The position numbers were made by a program, and so were the translations under genes. The notes beneath the pieces are model-generated. The model ran no database searches. It was given only the letters and a program-made list of their open reading frames with translations, and was not told the DNA's origin. A DNA stretch of 64,000 nucleotides from a virus (taxonomy: Duplodnaviria; Caudoviricetes). The DNA lies in IMG/VR virus record IMGVR_UViG_3300024346_000006. The stretch is one strand, 5' to 3'. Position 1 is the stretch's first letter; each line of letters starts with the position of its first letter. Shown here in pieces: positions 36,817-46,425 of this stretch.

Positions 36817-37191
36817 TTACTTTATTTGTTCATCTTCTGGAAAGTCTGCAGCATCAACTTGAAAAGAAGGATATCCATACGGCAAACTTCCATCAGAAAC
36901 TGAATTGAGTTTACTAGGGGCACGATCCCAATCAATCTCAGAAGTCTCTGCACGTTTCCGCATCTCATGATACTCTGTGCAGACTGCTTCGAAGGTGTCC
37001 CATAATTTCGAAAACTTCACATCATACAGTTCTTTGATACCAAAGTAACGATTCATCAATGCGTCACATACTTTGGGATCCAGTCCTTCCCAAGTAGGAC
37101 TATCTACGAAGTTGGATGTAACGACATCGATATCATCACATACATTCCAACAATTCATTATCTCTTGTTCTAAATCAAAAATTTTACTCAT
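36817..37191 (-). CDS. hypothetical protein
   Basis: FDLEQEIMNCWNVCDDI...LYDVKFSKLW.TFE. Confidence 0.6.
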   Translation of the reverse strand: MSKIFDLEQEIMNCWNVCDDIDVVTSNFVDSPTWEGLDPKVCDALMNRYFGIKELYDVKFSKLWDTFEAVCTEYHEMRKRAETSEIDWDRAPSKLNSVSDGSLPYGYPSFQVDAADFPEDEQIK

Positions 37192-37414
37192 GTGTCATTG
37201 CACTCTTTAGTTGTTGAAGGTAAATTTCGAACTTCTCAATCATTCCTTGTGCAGCGTCTACCGCACGATCATCACCCATTTCTTTGTATGTCTGAATGTT
37301 ACTTTCACACGCAGCGATATAACCTTGGAGTTCAGAAATCATTCCTTGCATTTTTCTACCCTTCTTGCATATTACTCTATCATTATAGAGAAAGTACTTC
37401 ACAATGTCAAGCAC
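37184..37414 (-). CDS. hypothetical protein (start probably MQGMIS)
   Basis: Helical ORF; 5' extension overlaps a promoter. Confidence 0.5.
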   Translation of the reverse strand: MLDIVKYFLYNDRVICKKGRKMQGMISELQGYIAACESNIQTYKEMGDDRAVDAAQGMIEKFEIYLQQLKSAMTHE

Positions 37415-37472
37415 TTTCTCAGAGAAATGTGAAAAAATTTACGGGCGTAATCAGCAGGGCGGTCACAGGCGG

Positions 37473-38993
37473 TCAGGTCAGATTGACAGAACCCATTGAT
37501 CTATTCTCCCCAGAGTCTTGAAGAACAAGATTCTCAGTAGAGTTAGATCCCCCATTATGTTTAGAGACTATGTGTCCTCTATCGAATCGATTCAAATCAC
37601 GAATAGATACCCGATTTCCTTTTGAGTCTTTTCGGTCGTTTGCTTCCCATACGACTTCTTTCTGTGACATTGGTACTGAAAGAGCTGCATCGATAACGAT
37701 GTTGTCATTTTTCAAATGTTCCTCATTTTCGATGAATTTTTTGCAGAGCAATTCTACTCGACAACGAATAAACTCATCTTTGGATTCGGAACATGCCCAG
37801 AAGAAACCATTCGGTACTTTTGTAGGTGTTGGTAATTTTACTCCATTAGTGCCATGAGTGATACGTCCAGCCGGGTCATCTCTCATTGATTTTTGTGCTG
37901 CATCATACTCTTTTACAAAAGCTTCTACATCTTTTATTTTCCATGAAGGAGTCGCAATATCCGTATACACTCGATTGTCCAGTTGATATCGGAAATAGAT
38001 ATAGTTTCGTACCATTACATTGTTATACGTTTTTGCAGAAGACATGGTTTTCATTCCTTTTGCAAATTCACGAAGATAACCCCTTACTTGTTCTACTTGA
38101 GTTTTTGTAACAGTCTCTGTACCAGCAAACATGAGTTCATGAGCACCGATTTTTGAAGAAGATGGTTGTGTGCCTTTCGCAATCCAGTAAAATACTTCTG
38201 ACAAAAACAATTCGTTTCCTGCAAGGTCTTCACTATATGTTTTCCCAGAAACACTTTGCAGTGCAGTAATTGCAATTTTGTCATGAATAATTGATGACAA
38301 TTGGCGGCGATAAGTTGAGAACCAGAAACGTGTAATCATTTTCTGCCATTCTGTCCATGGATATCCTTCATTTTTCGCAATCAATGCGTTTACGAGTTCT
38401 TGAATATCTCCCTCTTCTGCAACCATGTACAACAATTCGATGTTCAAAAATGCGTGTTGAAGAGATTCGTGCAACTCTTTGAAATGTTTTCCTTGTGCAT
38501 ACTCTACAACTTTTCCATTCTCATCTACAACTGGAATATCTGTAGCCCCAAGAGGAAATTCGTTGTTGATAAACGGAGCAATAGCATTTAAAATTCGGTT
38601 TTGTCCGTCAATGATATAGTTTTCAACACCAGCGGCAACATCTTTTCGAATTTCTTCAATCTCCTGTGCAAGTGCTGTTTTTCGTTCTTTTTCAATAGTG
38701 CGGTCGTGTTCATTAAGTAAACCTTGCAATAGAAGGTTCGCAGGCACAACGATAATTTTATCCAAGAATTCCAATCCTTGAATTACAGTATTGAGATAGG
38801 ACTGCCTACGGTGGTTGTCCCATGCATCTTTTTGTAGTTTTCGTTGAAGTAATCCTGCCGCAGTTGATAATACTGCATATGGGGTGTTGTTCCCATTTTC
38901 ATCTTTTATTGGTGTTGCAAGTTTGAATAAATCACCAACAGTAATAGTTTCCAGAAAAAATCTAGTTTTTTTTGCGAATTGTAGCTTTGACAT
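37473..38993 (-). CDS. DUF262 plus C-terminal HNH protein (GmrSD/SspE-like)
   Basis: LQRK...W, YIIDGQNR (DUF262); DRGHIVSKHNGGSNSTENLVLQDSGENRS (HNH). Confidence 0.75.
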   Translation of the reverse strand: MSKLQFAKKTRFFLETITVGDLFKLATPIKDENGNNTPYAVLSTAAGLLQRKLQKDAWDNHRRQSYLNTVIQGLEFLDKIIVVPANLLLQGLLNEHDRTIEKERKTALAQEIEEIRKDVAAGVENYIIDGQNRILNAIAPFINNEFPLGATDIPVVDENGKVVEYAQGKHFKELHESLQHAFLNIELLYMVAEEGDIQELVNALIAKNEGYPWTEWQKMITRFWFSTYRRQLSSIIHDKIAITALQSVSGKTYSEDLAGNELFLSEVFYWIAKGTQPSSSKIGAHELMFAGTETVTKTQVEQVRGYLREFAKGMKTMSSAKTYNNVMVRNYIYFRYQLDNRVYTDIATPSWKIKDVEAFVKEYDAAQKSMRDDPAGRITHGTNGVKLPTPTKVPNGFFWACSESKDEFIRCRVELLCKKFIENEEHLKNDNIVIDAALSVPMSQKEVVWEANDRKDSKGNRVSIRDLNRFDRGHIVSKHNGGSNSTENLVLQDSGENRSMGSVNLT

Positions 38994-39092
38994 CGCATTC
39001 TCCTTTTTAATAAGCGTCTTCGATCTTCGATAGACTGTCCAAATACTTGGATGTTTTTTTAGGTCGTTACCAAGTTTATCGACTCAAAGTGT

Positions 39093-39111
39093 GGGGGGCA
39101 TTGCACCCCCC
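39093..39111 (-). terminator. G/C hairpin identical to 18487-18506
   Basis: GGGGGG-CATTGCA-CCCCCC downstream of 39124-39396. Confidence 0.6.
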
Positions 39112-39123
39112 TAGTTTTTATTG

Positions 39124-39396
39124 TTATACCGCTTGTGCAGCCAATGCCCTATAACCAGCAGCAACAACTGAACGAGGTGGAGTACCAAGACGGTAGAAAG
39201 TCTTAGAGCGTCCCTTAGTATCAGTGTGCTGGTTTGCAAAAATTGCAAAACCCTTCATACGAAGACTAGATACTGTTGCTCGAGCGTTTCCAACCTTGAA
39301 TTGGTTTTCAATCTGAGCAGCAGTCAAGCCCTTATCATTATTACGAAGAGCCTCAAGGACTCGATCTTGTTTTGTCACAACATTTGCATTAGCCAT
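39124..39396 (-). CDS. winged-helix-like DNA-binding protein
   Basis: KQDRVLEAL...GLTAAQI...NARATVSSLRMKGFAI...YRLGTP. Confidence 0.65.
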   Translation of the reverse strand: MANANVVTKQDRVLEALRNNDKGLTAAQIENQFKVGNARATVSSLRMKGFAIFANQHTDTKGRSKTFYRLGTPPRSVVAAGYRALAAQAV

Positions 39397-39490
39397 GTTT
39401 TACATTCTCCATGTTTTAGTTTAAGAAATACAGTTAGTGATTAACTGTTATAGACAGTATAACACAAAAAAACACTCTTTGTCAAGAAGT

Positions 39491-39700
39491 TTATTCATTA
39501 ATATACTGAATTATTTTAGACTTTACTGTTCCACCAGCAAGTCCAAGATTGACAACATATGATTCAGCATCATCATACGAGTCAAATACTACAGGCACCA
39601 TGTTAAAGTCACATCTGCCAGTATCTTCGGTTATATACATCCAAGTATCCTCTCTATCAGAAGGATTAATCATAACAACATATCTATTTTCATTTGACAT
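39491..39700 (-). CDS. hypothetical protein
   Basis: Codirectional ORF. Confidence 0.5.
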   Translation of the reverse strand: MSNENRYVVMINPSDREDTWMYITEDTGRCDFNMVPVVFDSYDDAESYVVNLGLAGGTVKSKIIQYINE

Positions 39701-39832
39701 TTTGATTGCCTTTTAGAAATTTGTATAGTTTTACATAATATGCAAAACTTTTTGGATAGTGTATAGGACTTGGATGATGAGGAAACATCAATAGAAATTT
39801 TTTATATTCTAATTCTGCCTCCTCATAAGACA

Positions 39833-40108
39833 CTATACAATTAATCCACTAGTCTGTTCTGTCCATGCCTTTTGGACATCATCATTCGCCTCTGTAATGA
39901 ATACCGCATGTCGGATCTTCATTTCTTTAGGGTCTGGATTACCAGTTGCAGCAATACCATGTGCGAACCCCATATTTTGATTTTCACCAAACACAATCAT
40001 TCTGGGGTTACTAATAGTAATACCAGTGGAATCATCTTCGACTAATCGTCCAATAAACTCACCAACAGGCGTCACTACAGTGATAATTTGATTTTTTTCA
40101 TAACTCAT
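39833..40108 (-). CDS. hypothetical protein (Sm-like beta fold possible)
   Basis: VVTPVGEFIGRL...ISNPRMI...WTEQTSGLIV. Confidence 0.55.
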   Translation of the reverse strand: MSYEKNQIITVVTPVGEFIGRLVEDDSTGITISNPRMIVFGENQNMGFAHGIAATGNPDPKEMKIRHAVFITEANDDVQKAWTEQTSGLIV

Positions 40109-40119
40109 TTTAGTTTCCT

Positions 40120-40560
40120 TTAAGTATTTAATCTAGATTGGGTTTGCATTCTCTCTTTTAGGTAAGTTTGATAGTGAACCCATTCACCATCTTTGATAAA
40201 TCCCCATTCTTTTTTCTTACCAAATCGAAAGAACAGTGTCCATACTGAACCACCTTGAGGAACTTCCAAATAGTGCAGACTTTCTGCCTTTGAAAATCTC
40301 ATGTGTCCAGGCCCTCTCCAAAACTTACCTTCTGGAGTGTGTTCCCAATAACCACCTTTTAGAATAATAGTAAAATAATCCCATGGATGGTCATGAAAAA
40401 CTGGTTCATCGGATAAAACTATTTTGTGTAGGTAGGCGTTAAAGGGAACTGCCCGTCCCTTTGAAAAATTATCTACCTTATCTCTAAACAATAAATGCCA
40501 GCGATGCATATATGGTGTACTACCATCTCTGTCATAGATAATTCTTTTCCTACCGAACAC
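40120..40560 (-). CDS. cupin-fold protein
   Basis: FHDHPWDY.TIILKGGYWEH...H.LE...WTLF. Confidence 0.75.
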   Translation of the reverse strand: MFGRKRIIYDRDGSTPYMHRWHLLFRDKVDNFSKGRAVPFNAYLHKIVLSDEPVFHDHPWDYFTIILKGGYWEHTPEGKFWRGPGHMRFSKAESLHYLEVPQGGSVWTLFFRFGKKKEWGFIKDGEWVHYQTYLKERMQTQSRLNT

Positions 40561-40624
40561 TCAATTCTCCAATTCAAGTACTACGTCTATAATACACTAA
40601 ATATTATGTAATGTCAATATGTTT

Positions 40625-41137
40625 TTATAAAATTCTTTCGTATGCCCATTCTGGTGTGTCTGTTCTACTCTTACCATTTACTACACCATCTGCACCAAAA
40701 GATGCGGCCCAACTATTTGGTTTTAATTTTGGTTCAATACCAGTCATACCAAGAACATAACCAGCTGCCTCTGATGCTGCACAATTAGAACCGTGTTGCG
40801 GATTTGTGTTAATGTCCAAATGTATTTCAACATCAAACTCATCAATAAAAGGTATCACTTGTGTATATAATTCACATACCTTTCTTACTTCATTTAACAT
40901 TCTCATTTTAGGTCTGTTTTTCTTTAAATCATAATCATCTTCATATGATATATTAGAAAATATCCGACAACCACTGTTTCCATTCATATGGACAATACAC
41001 ACTGCAGCGTATCTGGCCTTTTTCTTTCCTTTTTTAGTGAGAAAACGAACACTGTCGCACCCTAGATATATCTTTGTTCGATTATCTAGGGTGGATAACA
41101 GTTCTACCATATTCTCTATTTGAGTTGCTGTTAACAT
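40625..41137 (-). CDS. RNase H-like YkuK family protein
   Basis: IYLGCDS, RMLNEV, EIHLDIN...GSN, PNSWAASFGAD. Confidence 0.8.
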   Translation of the reverse strand: MLTATQIENMVELLSTLDNRTKIYLGCDSVRFLTKKGKKKARYAAVCIVHMNGNSGCRIFSNISYEDDYDLKKNRPKMRMLNEVRKVCELYTQVIPFIDEFDVEIHLDINTNPQHGSNCAASEAAGYVLGMTGIEPKLKPNSWAASFGADGVVNGKSRTDTPEWAYERIL

Positions 41138-41766
41138 TATTGTAACATGGCCCTTAAATTAAATGACATTGTTATTCTTTCATCACCAATATGTTCTGCA
41201 ACCCCATGTTCATAATCGGCGGGGAAGATTGCAACATAACCTTCTTTACCAGTATACTGAACCTCATTATTGAAATTTGTCGGCGAAGATTCAGTATTTT
41301 TTACATATAGAACACCAGATAGTTGGCCAACATGAGTATGCATTGGATTTACATCACCAGTATTTGCATAATTAATCCAAACACCCCAATCATAGTGATC
41401 TTGATTTCCATATAAAGAAACTCTATGACGTAAAATTTCTAACCTTTCTTCCATACTCTTTTTTCGCAATGGTGGATATGTTTTTGCAATATACAACTTT
41501 CCAAGTGCAATCAAATACGCCTGTGTGAAAGAAGACTCCTGTAAATGTTTAGGAACACTAATTTGATAACTGTTTAGTCCAGCATTAATATGTTCTAGTA
41601 ATATACTTAACTCATGATCTTTAAACTTTCTACAATGTTCAGTCCACTCCAGTAATTCTTGGTGTATCGCAGTTGGAAGTTTACCAACAAAAACTGGAGT
41701 ATTTTCTAAGAACTGAAACCCTTCGTATATGTTTAACAGATCCTTTACAGATTGTTGTTTCATCAC
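41137..41766 (-). CDS. putative 2OG-Fe(II) oxygenase
   Basis: VWINY...VNPMHTH...SGVLYV...IFPA.Y.HGV...RITMSFN. Confidence 0.75.
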   Translation of the reverse strand: MMKQQSVKDLLNIYEGFQFLENTPVFVGKLPTAIHQELLEWTEHCRKFKDHELSILLEHINAGLNSYQISVPKHLQESSFTQAYLIALGKLYIAKTYPPLRKKSMEERLEILRHRVSLYGNQDHYDWGVWINYANTGDVNPMHTHVGQLSGVLYVKNTESSPTNFNNEVQYTGKEGYVAIFPADYEHGVAEHIGDERITMSFNLRAMLQ

Positions 41767-42146
41767 ATACTGTTTTCTGGATACTTTTCTGGTTCTTGTG
41801 TATCTTCATCGACTACAGTTGTATCCTCATCAACTACAACTTCTGCATCTTCCACTACAGTTTCGTCAAGGTTTTCTGGATTGACAAATACTTCCTTTTC
41901 AATTTGTGTTTCAGTACCCTCTGCATCAACCATATTAATTTTAGCGGATGATTGTGGGGCAACTTGCCCCGACAACCCCTGAGTTCTCATTGCATGAGCA
42001 ATCATTCTTCTAATACGTTTTTCTTGCAATTTTTGATTATTTTCTGCAACTTTCAACGCAAGCCGATGTTTTCTACGTTTAGTATTATGCAGGCCATGTT
42101 TTTTAGCCCTTTGTGCAACACCAGCTCTATCTTTTAGTTTATACAT
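41763..42146 (-). CDS. hypothetical protein (basic N-terminus, acidic C-terminus)
   Basis: Overlaps neighbours by a few nt. Confidence 0.55.
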   Translation of the reverse strand: MYKLKDRAGVAQRAKKHGLHNTKRRKHRLALKVAENNQKLQEKRIRRMIAHAMRTQGLSGQVAPQSSAKINMVDAEGTETQIEKEVFVNPENLDETVVEDAEVVVDEDTTVVDEDTQEPEKYPENSM

Positions 42147-42390
42147 TCAATTCTTCTCCAAGTTTTTTAATTCCAAGTGCCCAATTTTCTGCAGCATCCT
42201 CTACATAGTTTATAGAGTTTTGCGGAAAATCTTCTGTGAAAAATAACAATCCTTCATTGTCAAAATATTTGATAAGATTGATATTTTGTACAAAATCGAC
42301 ATGCACCTCTGCATATCCTTTTTGATTATCAGCGTAATAGGTAGATATTTTTCGTGTTTTCATTTTATTCTCCCTGTATAAACTGCACAC
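42139..42390 (-). CDS. hypothetical protein
   Basis: STYY...SINYVEDAAENWALG. Confidence 0.6.
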   Translation of the reverse strand: MCSLYRENKMKTRKISTYYADNQKGYAEVHVDFVQNINLIKYFDNEGLLFFTEDFPQNSINYVEDAAENWALGIKKLGEELNV

Positions 42391-42433
42391 TGTGCATAAA
42401 AAAGGGGATGTAGAAATTTACATCCCTTTGTCT

Positions 42434-42781
42434 TTAATTCGTATTCTTAGTCGCAATCCGATTCATCATATCATTAAATTCATTGGGATCTAGTAATCGA
42501 TCTCTATTTTTTTCAAAGTGGTTATCTAATATTTCTATCCTAACTAACTCCATCAGAGTTTCTGCAATTTGTCTTTTTTTCGGCGAACATGAAGTCAAAT
42601 ATATTGACAATTCGGCATTCGATGTACAACTCCACAATTCGTCCATAATACCATGATATTTTTTTGGTATGTTATCGACTCTAAGTTCCATATTGGTCTC
42701 CTCATTCATATTTATTACCATTTTGCACGATAAAATATGTGCGAACCAATTCGGCCTATACGATCCTTTTTTGTTGTCCAA
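42434..42781 (-). CDS. hypothetical protein (start probably MNEETN)
   Basis: 5' part overlaps the sleB-like gene. Confidence 0.5.
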   Translation of the reverse strand: MDNKKGSYRPNWFAHILSCKMVINMNEETNMELRVDNIPKKYHGIMDELWSCTSNAELSIYLTSCSPKKRQIAETLMELVRIEILDNHFEKNRDRLLDPNEFNDMMNRIATKNTN

Positions 42782-43281
42782 TATGGTTTAACGTATGTTG
42801 CATGATAGTGTGTGGCACCCTCTGTCAATCCACGGTACGAACCAAGATAATAATCTCTTGCAAATTTTCTAGAACGATCCCATGAAGTAATATCTTTTGG
42901 AACATCCGATTTTCCATCACAATACCAAGAAAACTGACATTTGTGACGAGCCATTACTAATTTATTTGGATCTTTCCAAGATGGTTTCTTGTGCCCTTGA
43001 TATATCACATCACAAATTGTATCTGGAAAATGTTTATGGTTTACCCTATTCATTACAACATCACTAACAGCCATAGCATCAGCGAGTGAAACTGCCCTAG
43101 TTTCCCAATATACATTCAGTGCAAGACATTCTATAGAAGCAATATCATCAACAGTCATGGGGTTTTTATCTTCCATGTGTGTTGCAGCAGAAGCTACTGA
43201 GAGCATACTAACAACTATAAGTCCATTTAATGCAATTGTTGCAGTGTTTTTAAGTTTTCTTCCGAATTGTGTAAGTGTCAT
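42715..43281 (-). CDS. cell wall hydrolase, SleB/Hydrolase_2 family
   Basis: CLALNVYWETR, VVMNRV...FPDTIC.VIYQ, CQFSWYCDGK, GATHYHATYV.PYW, IGSHIFY. Confidence 0.92.
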   Translation of the reverse strand: MTLTQFGRKLKNTATIALNGLIVVSMLSVASAATHMEDKNPMTVDDIASIECLALNVYWETRAVSLADAMAVSDVVMNRVNHKHFPDTICDVIYQGHKKPSWKDPNKLVMARHKCQFSWYCDGKSDVPKDITSWDRSRKFARDYYLGSYRGLTEGATHYHATYVKPYWTTKKDRIGRIGSHIFYRAKW

Positions 43282-43483
43282 TATGTGCCTCTTCCCATAT
43301 TAAATCATCACCAATATCCCAACCCATCTGATTTAGTAATTCAATAGGTAGGGGTAGTACAAGGTTTCCATCTGTGTCTTCCTCTAATTGTACTGACATC
43401 AGTTCATTTTCTTTCGCCTGTTCTTCTCTAAGGCGTCTGCCCATATAGTCCCAATAAGATTCACGACCAATATTATCAACCAT
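43250..43483 (-). CDS. AbrB/MazE-like DNA-binding protein
   Basis: LVLPLPIELLNQMGWDIGDDLIW. Confidence 0.7.
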   Translation of the reverse strand: MVDNIGRESYWDYMGRRLREEQAKENELMSVQLEEDTDGNLVLPLPIELLNQMGWDIGDDLIWEEAHNDTYTIRKKT

Positions 43484-43854
43484 TAACTAGGTTCTCCGTC
43501 ATTTTTGTTTTTATATGGTATAAAATTATCACCATTTAATATAAGACAACCATATCCATTTGGAAATACTGCTATAATACTGTATGAACCTTTCTCTGGA
43601 TTCATTAACCAAAAAGTCTCAACTTTGATCCACTGTCCATTTAACAATCTTAAAGTTGATATTGAACTACCTAATGGAAGTTCTCCGTATTGGTTTTGAA
43701 CCAACTCAAATAGGTAAGATGATTCGGTATCACAACTATGCATGGTTGCTAGTGGTGTTGGTGCTGGTCTTGGTTTTGGTTGGACTTCTTGTCCGTTTGC
43801 AAAACCCACTGTCATAAAGAGCAGGGGTAATGCTAGTACTGCTCTTTTGAACAT
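43483..43854 (-). CDS. secreted hypothetical protein
   Basis: Signal peptide; NPEKGSYSII...GCLI..G. Confidence 0.6.
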   Translation of the reverse strand: MFKRAVLALPLLFMTVGFANGQEVQPKPRPAPTPLATMHSCDTESSYLFELVQNQYGELPLGSSISTLRLLNGQWIKVETFWLMNPEKGSYSIIAVFPNGYGCLILNGDNFIPYKNKNDGEPS

Positions 43855-43891
43855 CTTGATACCTCTCTGTTGGGGGATTCCCAGCTACTAT

Positions 43892-44428
43892 TTATGCAGC
43901 TTCATACTCTTTATAGGAAACCACATCAAGAAGACGTTTTACCAGTTCACGACCATAATCCGTAAACATAATACCTTTGTCCCAAACCCATGACTCCACA
44001 CACTGAAAGTTATAAAACTCTTCGTCTTGAGTCAACCAACGCAAGGCAGTTTCTTCATCGGCCGCACCCAAATCGATAGTCTTTTGAACTAACGACTTGA
44101 AATTCTCAACAGCCTCTTCTTCCATACGCTCTTCATAACGAATTTGGTCGGCGGCTGCATTACCATAACTGTCAGCCATTTCTTCCAACTCTTTCATAGA
44201 CATATTTTCATAGTCTACCCAATATTTACGACCATATGCAGTTTTTGCACACTCCGCAATATCAACTGCGAATTGATACTTCTGATACTGCTCTATAGTA
44301 TAGATACCATACTCCGCCCAATGATCTGGATCAGAAACAGTTGTGGTATAAAAAGTCGAACCATTAGCTTCGCACTCTGCGACCCACTTGGCGTTTTGAG
44401 TTTCGATGTATTGTTGAAGTTCTGTCAT
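43892..44428 (-). CDS. hypothetical phage protein
   Basis: 178-aa acidic ORF with RBS. Confidence 0.65.
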   Translation of the reverse strand: MTELQQYIETQNAKWVAECEANGSTFYTTTVSDPDHWAEYGIYTIEQYQKYQFAVDIAECAKTAYGRKYWVDYENMSMKELEEMADSYGNAAADQIRYEERMEEEAVENFKSLVQKTIDLGAADEETALRWLTQDEEFYNFQCVESWVWDKGIMFTDYGRELVKRLLDVVSYKEYEAA

Positions 44429-44437
44429 AGATATCTC

Positions 44438-44683
44438 CTAGTAATCAATCGGGTCTTCATTATCATCATATCGAATTGGAGCGAAGTTGTCAAGCTCTTT
44501 TTCATCATATTGTGCAAAATATTCGTCCCAATATTCTTCAATATACCCCAACCAGACCCTCTCAGGGATTGCAGAAGGGCTCAGGCACATATTCTGGGGA
44601 AACAAGTGAGCATATTTTTTCAATGCCCATTCAAGGATATCGTCTGATACCATCTCGACCATGGACTTATGATTCCAACTCAT
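44438..44683 (-). CDS. hypothetical protein
   Basis: Codirectional, overlaps neighbour. Confidence 0.5.
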   Translation of the reverse strand: MSWNHKSMVEMVSDDILEWALKKYAHLFPQNMCLSPSAIPERVWLGYIEEYWDEYFAQYDEKELDNFAPIRYDDNEDPIDY

Positions 44684-44907
44684 CGAGCCATTCCTTCTCC
44701 AATACCATCTAGATAGATAAGGGATTGTTCTTCAACCCAAGCATCATATGCTTCTACCTCTACCAACTTTTGGCTGAAAAGGTTTTCCAAAGAAGTAAGT
44801 GCCATCCGCTTTTCGTCACTTGCACCTTCTTTGAATGCAATTATTGCATTCTCTAATACATCCAATTCTTCAAACATTCCAACAGTCATAATTAGCTCCC
44901 ACACCAA
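44680..44907 (-). CDS. hypothetical protein
   Basis: Codirectional, overlaps neighbour. Confidence 0.5.
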   Translation of the reverse strand: MVWELIMTVGMFEELDVLENAIIAFKEGASDEKRMALTSLENLFSQKLVEVEAYDAWVEEQSLIYLDGIGEGMAR

Positions 44908-45203
44908 AGTTCTAAGTTTCCATCCTCAGTCACATCAAAGTTTTCGATAAAGATATGATTATTATCACCAGAGTTTTCGACTACCTCATTAGCAGCACGA
45001 TATAAATCCAACCAAGTATTTCCTTCAATTTTCGCACTCATTCCGTCATAAAGAACATAACGAACCTTTTTTGCTCGGAGAGGCATTTTTTCATTACAAC
45101 TGTTAATATGGTCGTAGATACTCCACCGAGCGGTGAATTGATTTGCCTCCTTGACACCATCCCAATACTGCATTTGACGTTCAAAAGGTAATTGACGTAA
45201 CAT
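44892..45203 (-). CDS. hypothetical phage protein
   Basis: TWLDLYRAAN.VV..SGD.NHIFIE.F. Confidence 0.6.
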   Translation of the reverse strand: MLRQLPFERQMQYWDGVKEANQFTARWSIYDHINSCNEKMPLRAKKVRYVLYDGMSAKIEGNTWLDLYRAANEVVENSGDNNHIFIENFDVTEDGNLELWCGS

Positions 45204-45400
45204 TATACAAACTCCACATTATTTTCGAACATGTCGAAAGCAGATACGAAATCGACCTCCCCATTAGGGAGTTCAACAGTAAATTGAATATCGGGTAGTG
45301 AACCATATTCGACACGGCGGTCAACAACCGTGTTACCTGAGATTGAAGTAGCAGTCCAAACTGCATCCATGAAAGCTTTGAGTTCTGGAGTGACTGTCAT
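45203..45400 (-). CDS. hypothetical protein (start corrected to MTVTPEL)
   Basis: The upstream extension in the ORF track is promoter-repeat DNA. Confidence 0.55.
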   Translation of the reverse strand: MTVTPELKAFMDAVWTATSISGNTVVDRRVEYGSLPDIQFTVELPNGEVDFVSAFDMFENNVEFV

Positions 45401-45422
45401 AACGAATCCTTTTTTATTAACC

Positions 45423-45468
45423 TTACATGTATAATATAAGGGTTTTCGAACCAAATGTCAAGCCTTTT
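45423..45468 (-). repeat. 46-bp perfect direct repeat containing a sigma70 promoter, copy 1
   Basis: TTACATGTATAATATAAGGGTTTTCGAACCAAATGTCAAGCCTTTT; minus strand TTGACA-N17-TATATT. Confidence 0.9.
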
Positions 45469-45660
45469 CTTCAAAAAAGAATCGTTTAAAATCAATGACT
45501 TATGATTTTTTTTGATCTTTTTTTCGAAAATCTTTTTCCCATGGAAGAGGGATTGTTTTCCCTCTTTTTTTCTCTTCAACAAGATGATCACTCATGTATG
45601 CAAAGAACCCCATGACAATCAGTACGAAAATGGAAAAAATTGTTTCTACAATTTCCACAG

Positions 45661-45984
45661 TTAATTTTCCTCAAATCCAATACCAGCGACACGATACTTC
45701 GTAGTACCCATTAACATTTGGTCACCAACACTGGTTGAACGCAAACCCCACTGTTTTCCATACTCGTCTGTATGTAGAGGAGCCATGACAGTAACATCAT
45801 CATTGTAATCGCCATTTACTTCATCTCCAAGATATTGTTCTTTGACACTCCAAGAACCCATTACATTATTAGTCCAACGATACGCATACTCTAGAGCTTC
45901 TGTACCGATTCGTTCACCAACTTCCACAAACGCAACAGTGCGTGGTGAATCTTCAAACGCTGTGTGAATAACTGCAACTTGCAT
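45661..45984 (-). CDS. hypothetical phage protein
   Basis: LEYAYRWTNN..GSWS...LRSTSVGD. Confidence 0.65.
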   Translation of the reverse strand: MQVAVIHTAFEDSPRTVAFVEVGERIGTEALEYAYRWTNNVMGSWSVKEQYLGDEVNGDYNDDVTVMAPLHTDEYGKQWGLRSTSVGDQMLMGTTKYRVAGIGFEEN

Positions 45985-46159
45985 TATTGTATTTCCTCTT
46001 TACGATAAACTTTAACTGCACCATCTTCATACATGACGGTAACTAATTCGTCACCACTCTCATCAGTATGAAGAGATGTCACTTCACCATTCACTGTCCA
46101 GTACCCATAATCAGTAATGATAGGGGCACCAATTTCCAACTCTTGGAACATCACATTCA

Positions 46160-46303
46160 TTATGCTACATCCAATTCTGCGTATGTTACTTTGGGGGATT
46201 TGCGAATCTCGTGAAAGAACTTTTTTGCCTGTTCATATGATTCGAATGAATAGACATGGGAATACTTTCCGTAGATTTTGTATATCACTTTGTACATCAT
46301 CAT
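46160..46303 (-). CDS. hypothetical protein (start corrected to MMMYKV)
   Basis: AAGGA RBS downstream of the promoter repeat. Confidence 0.5.
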   Translation of the reverse strand: MMMYKVIYKIYGKYSHVYSFESYEQAKKFFHEIRKSPKVTYAELDVA

Positions 46304-46316
46304 TCCTTTATTAACT

Positions 46317-46362
46317 TTACATGTATAATATAAGGGTTTTCGAACCAAATGTCAAGCCTTTT
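46317..46362 (-). repeat. 46-bp perfect direct repeat, copy 2
   Basis: Identical to 45423-45468. Confidence 0.9.
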
Positions 46363-46376
46363 GTAAAAAAAAGATC

Positions 46377-46405
46377 AAAAAAAAGTCCTTGAAAAACAAG
46401 GACTT
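46377..46405 (-). terminator. intrinsic terminator after iscA
   Basis: AAGTCCTTG-N5-CAAGGACTT stem followed by a U-run on the minus strand. Confidence 0.7.
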
Positions 46406-46425
46406 ATAATTTTTTTAAAAAAATG

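Noticed and set aside
45401-45454. Identical N-terminus MVRKPLYYTCKVNK on two ORFs (also 46304-46348) suggesting a shared peptide tag
   Set aside because: It is the 46-bp promoter repeat read in frame; real starts with RBS lie downstream
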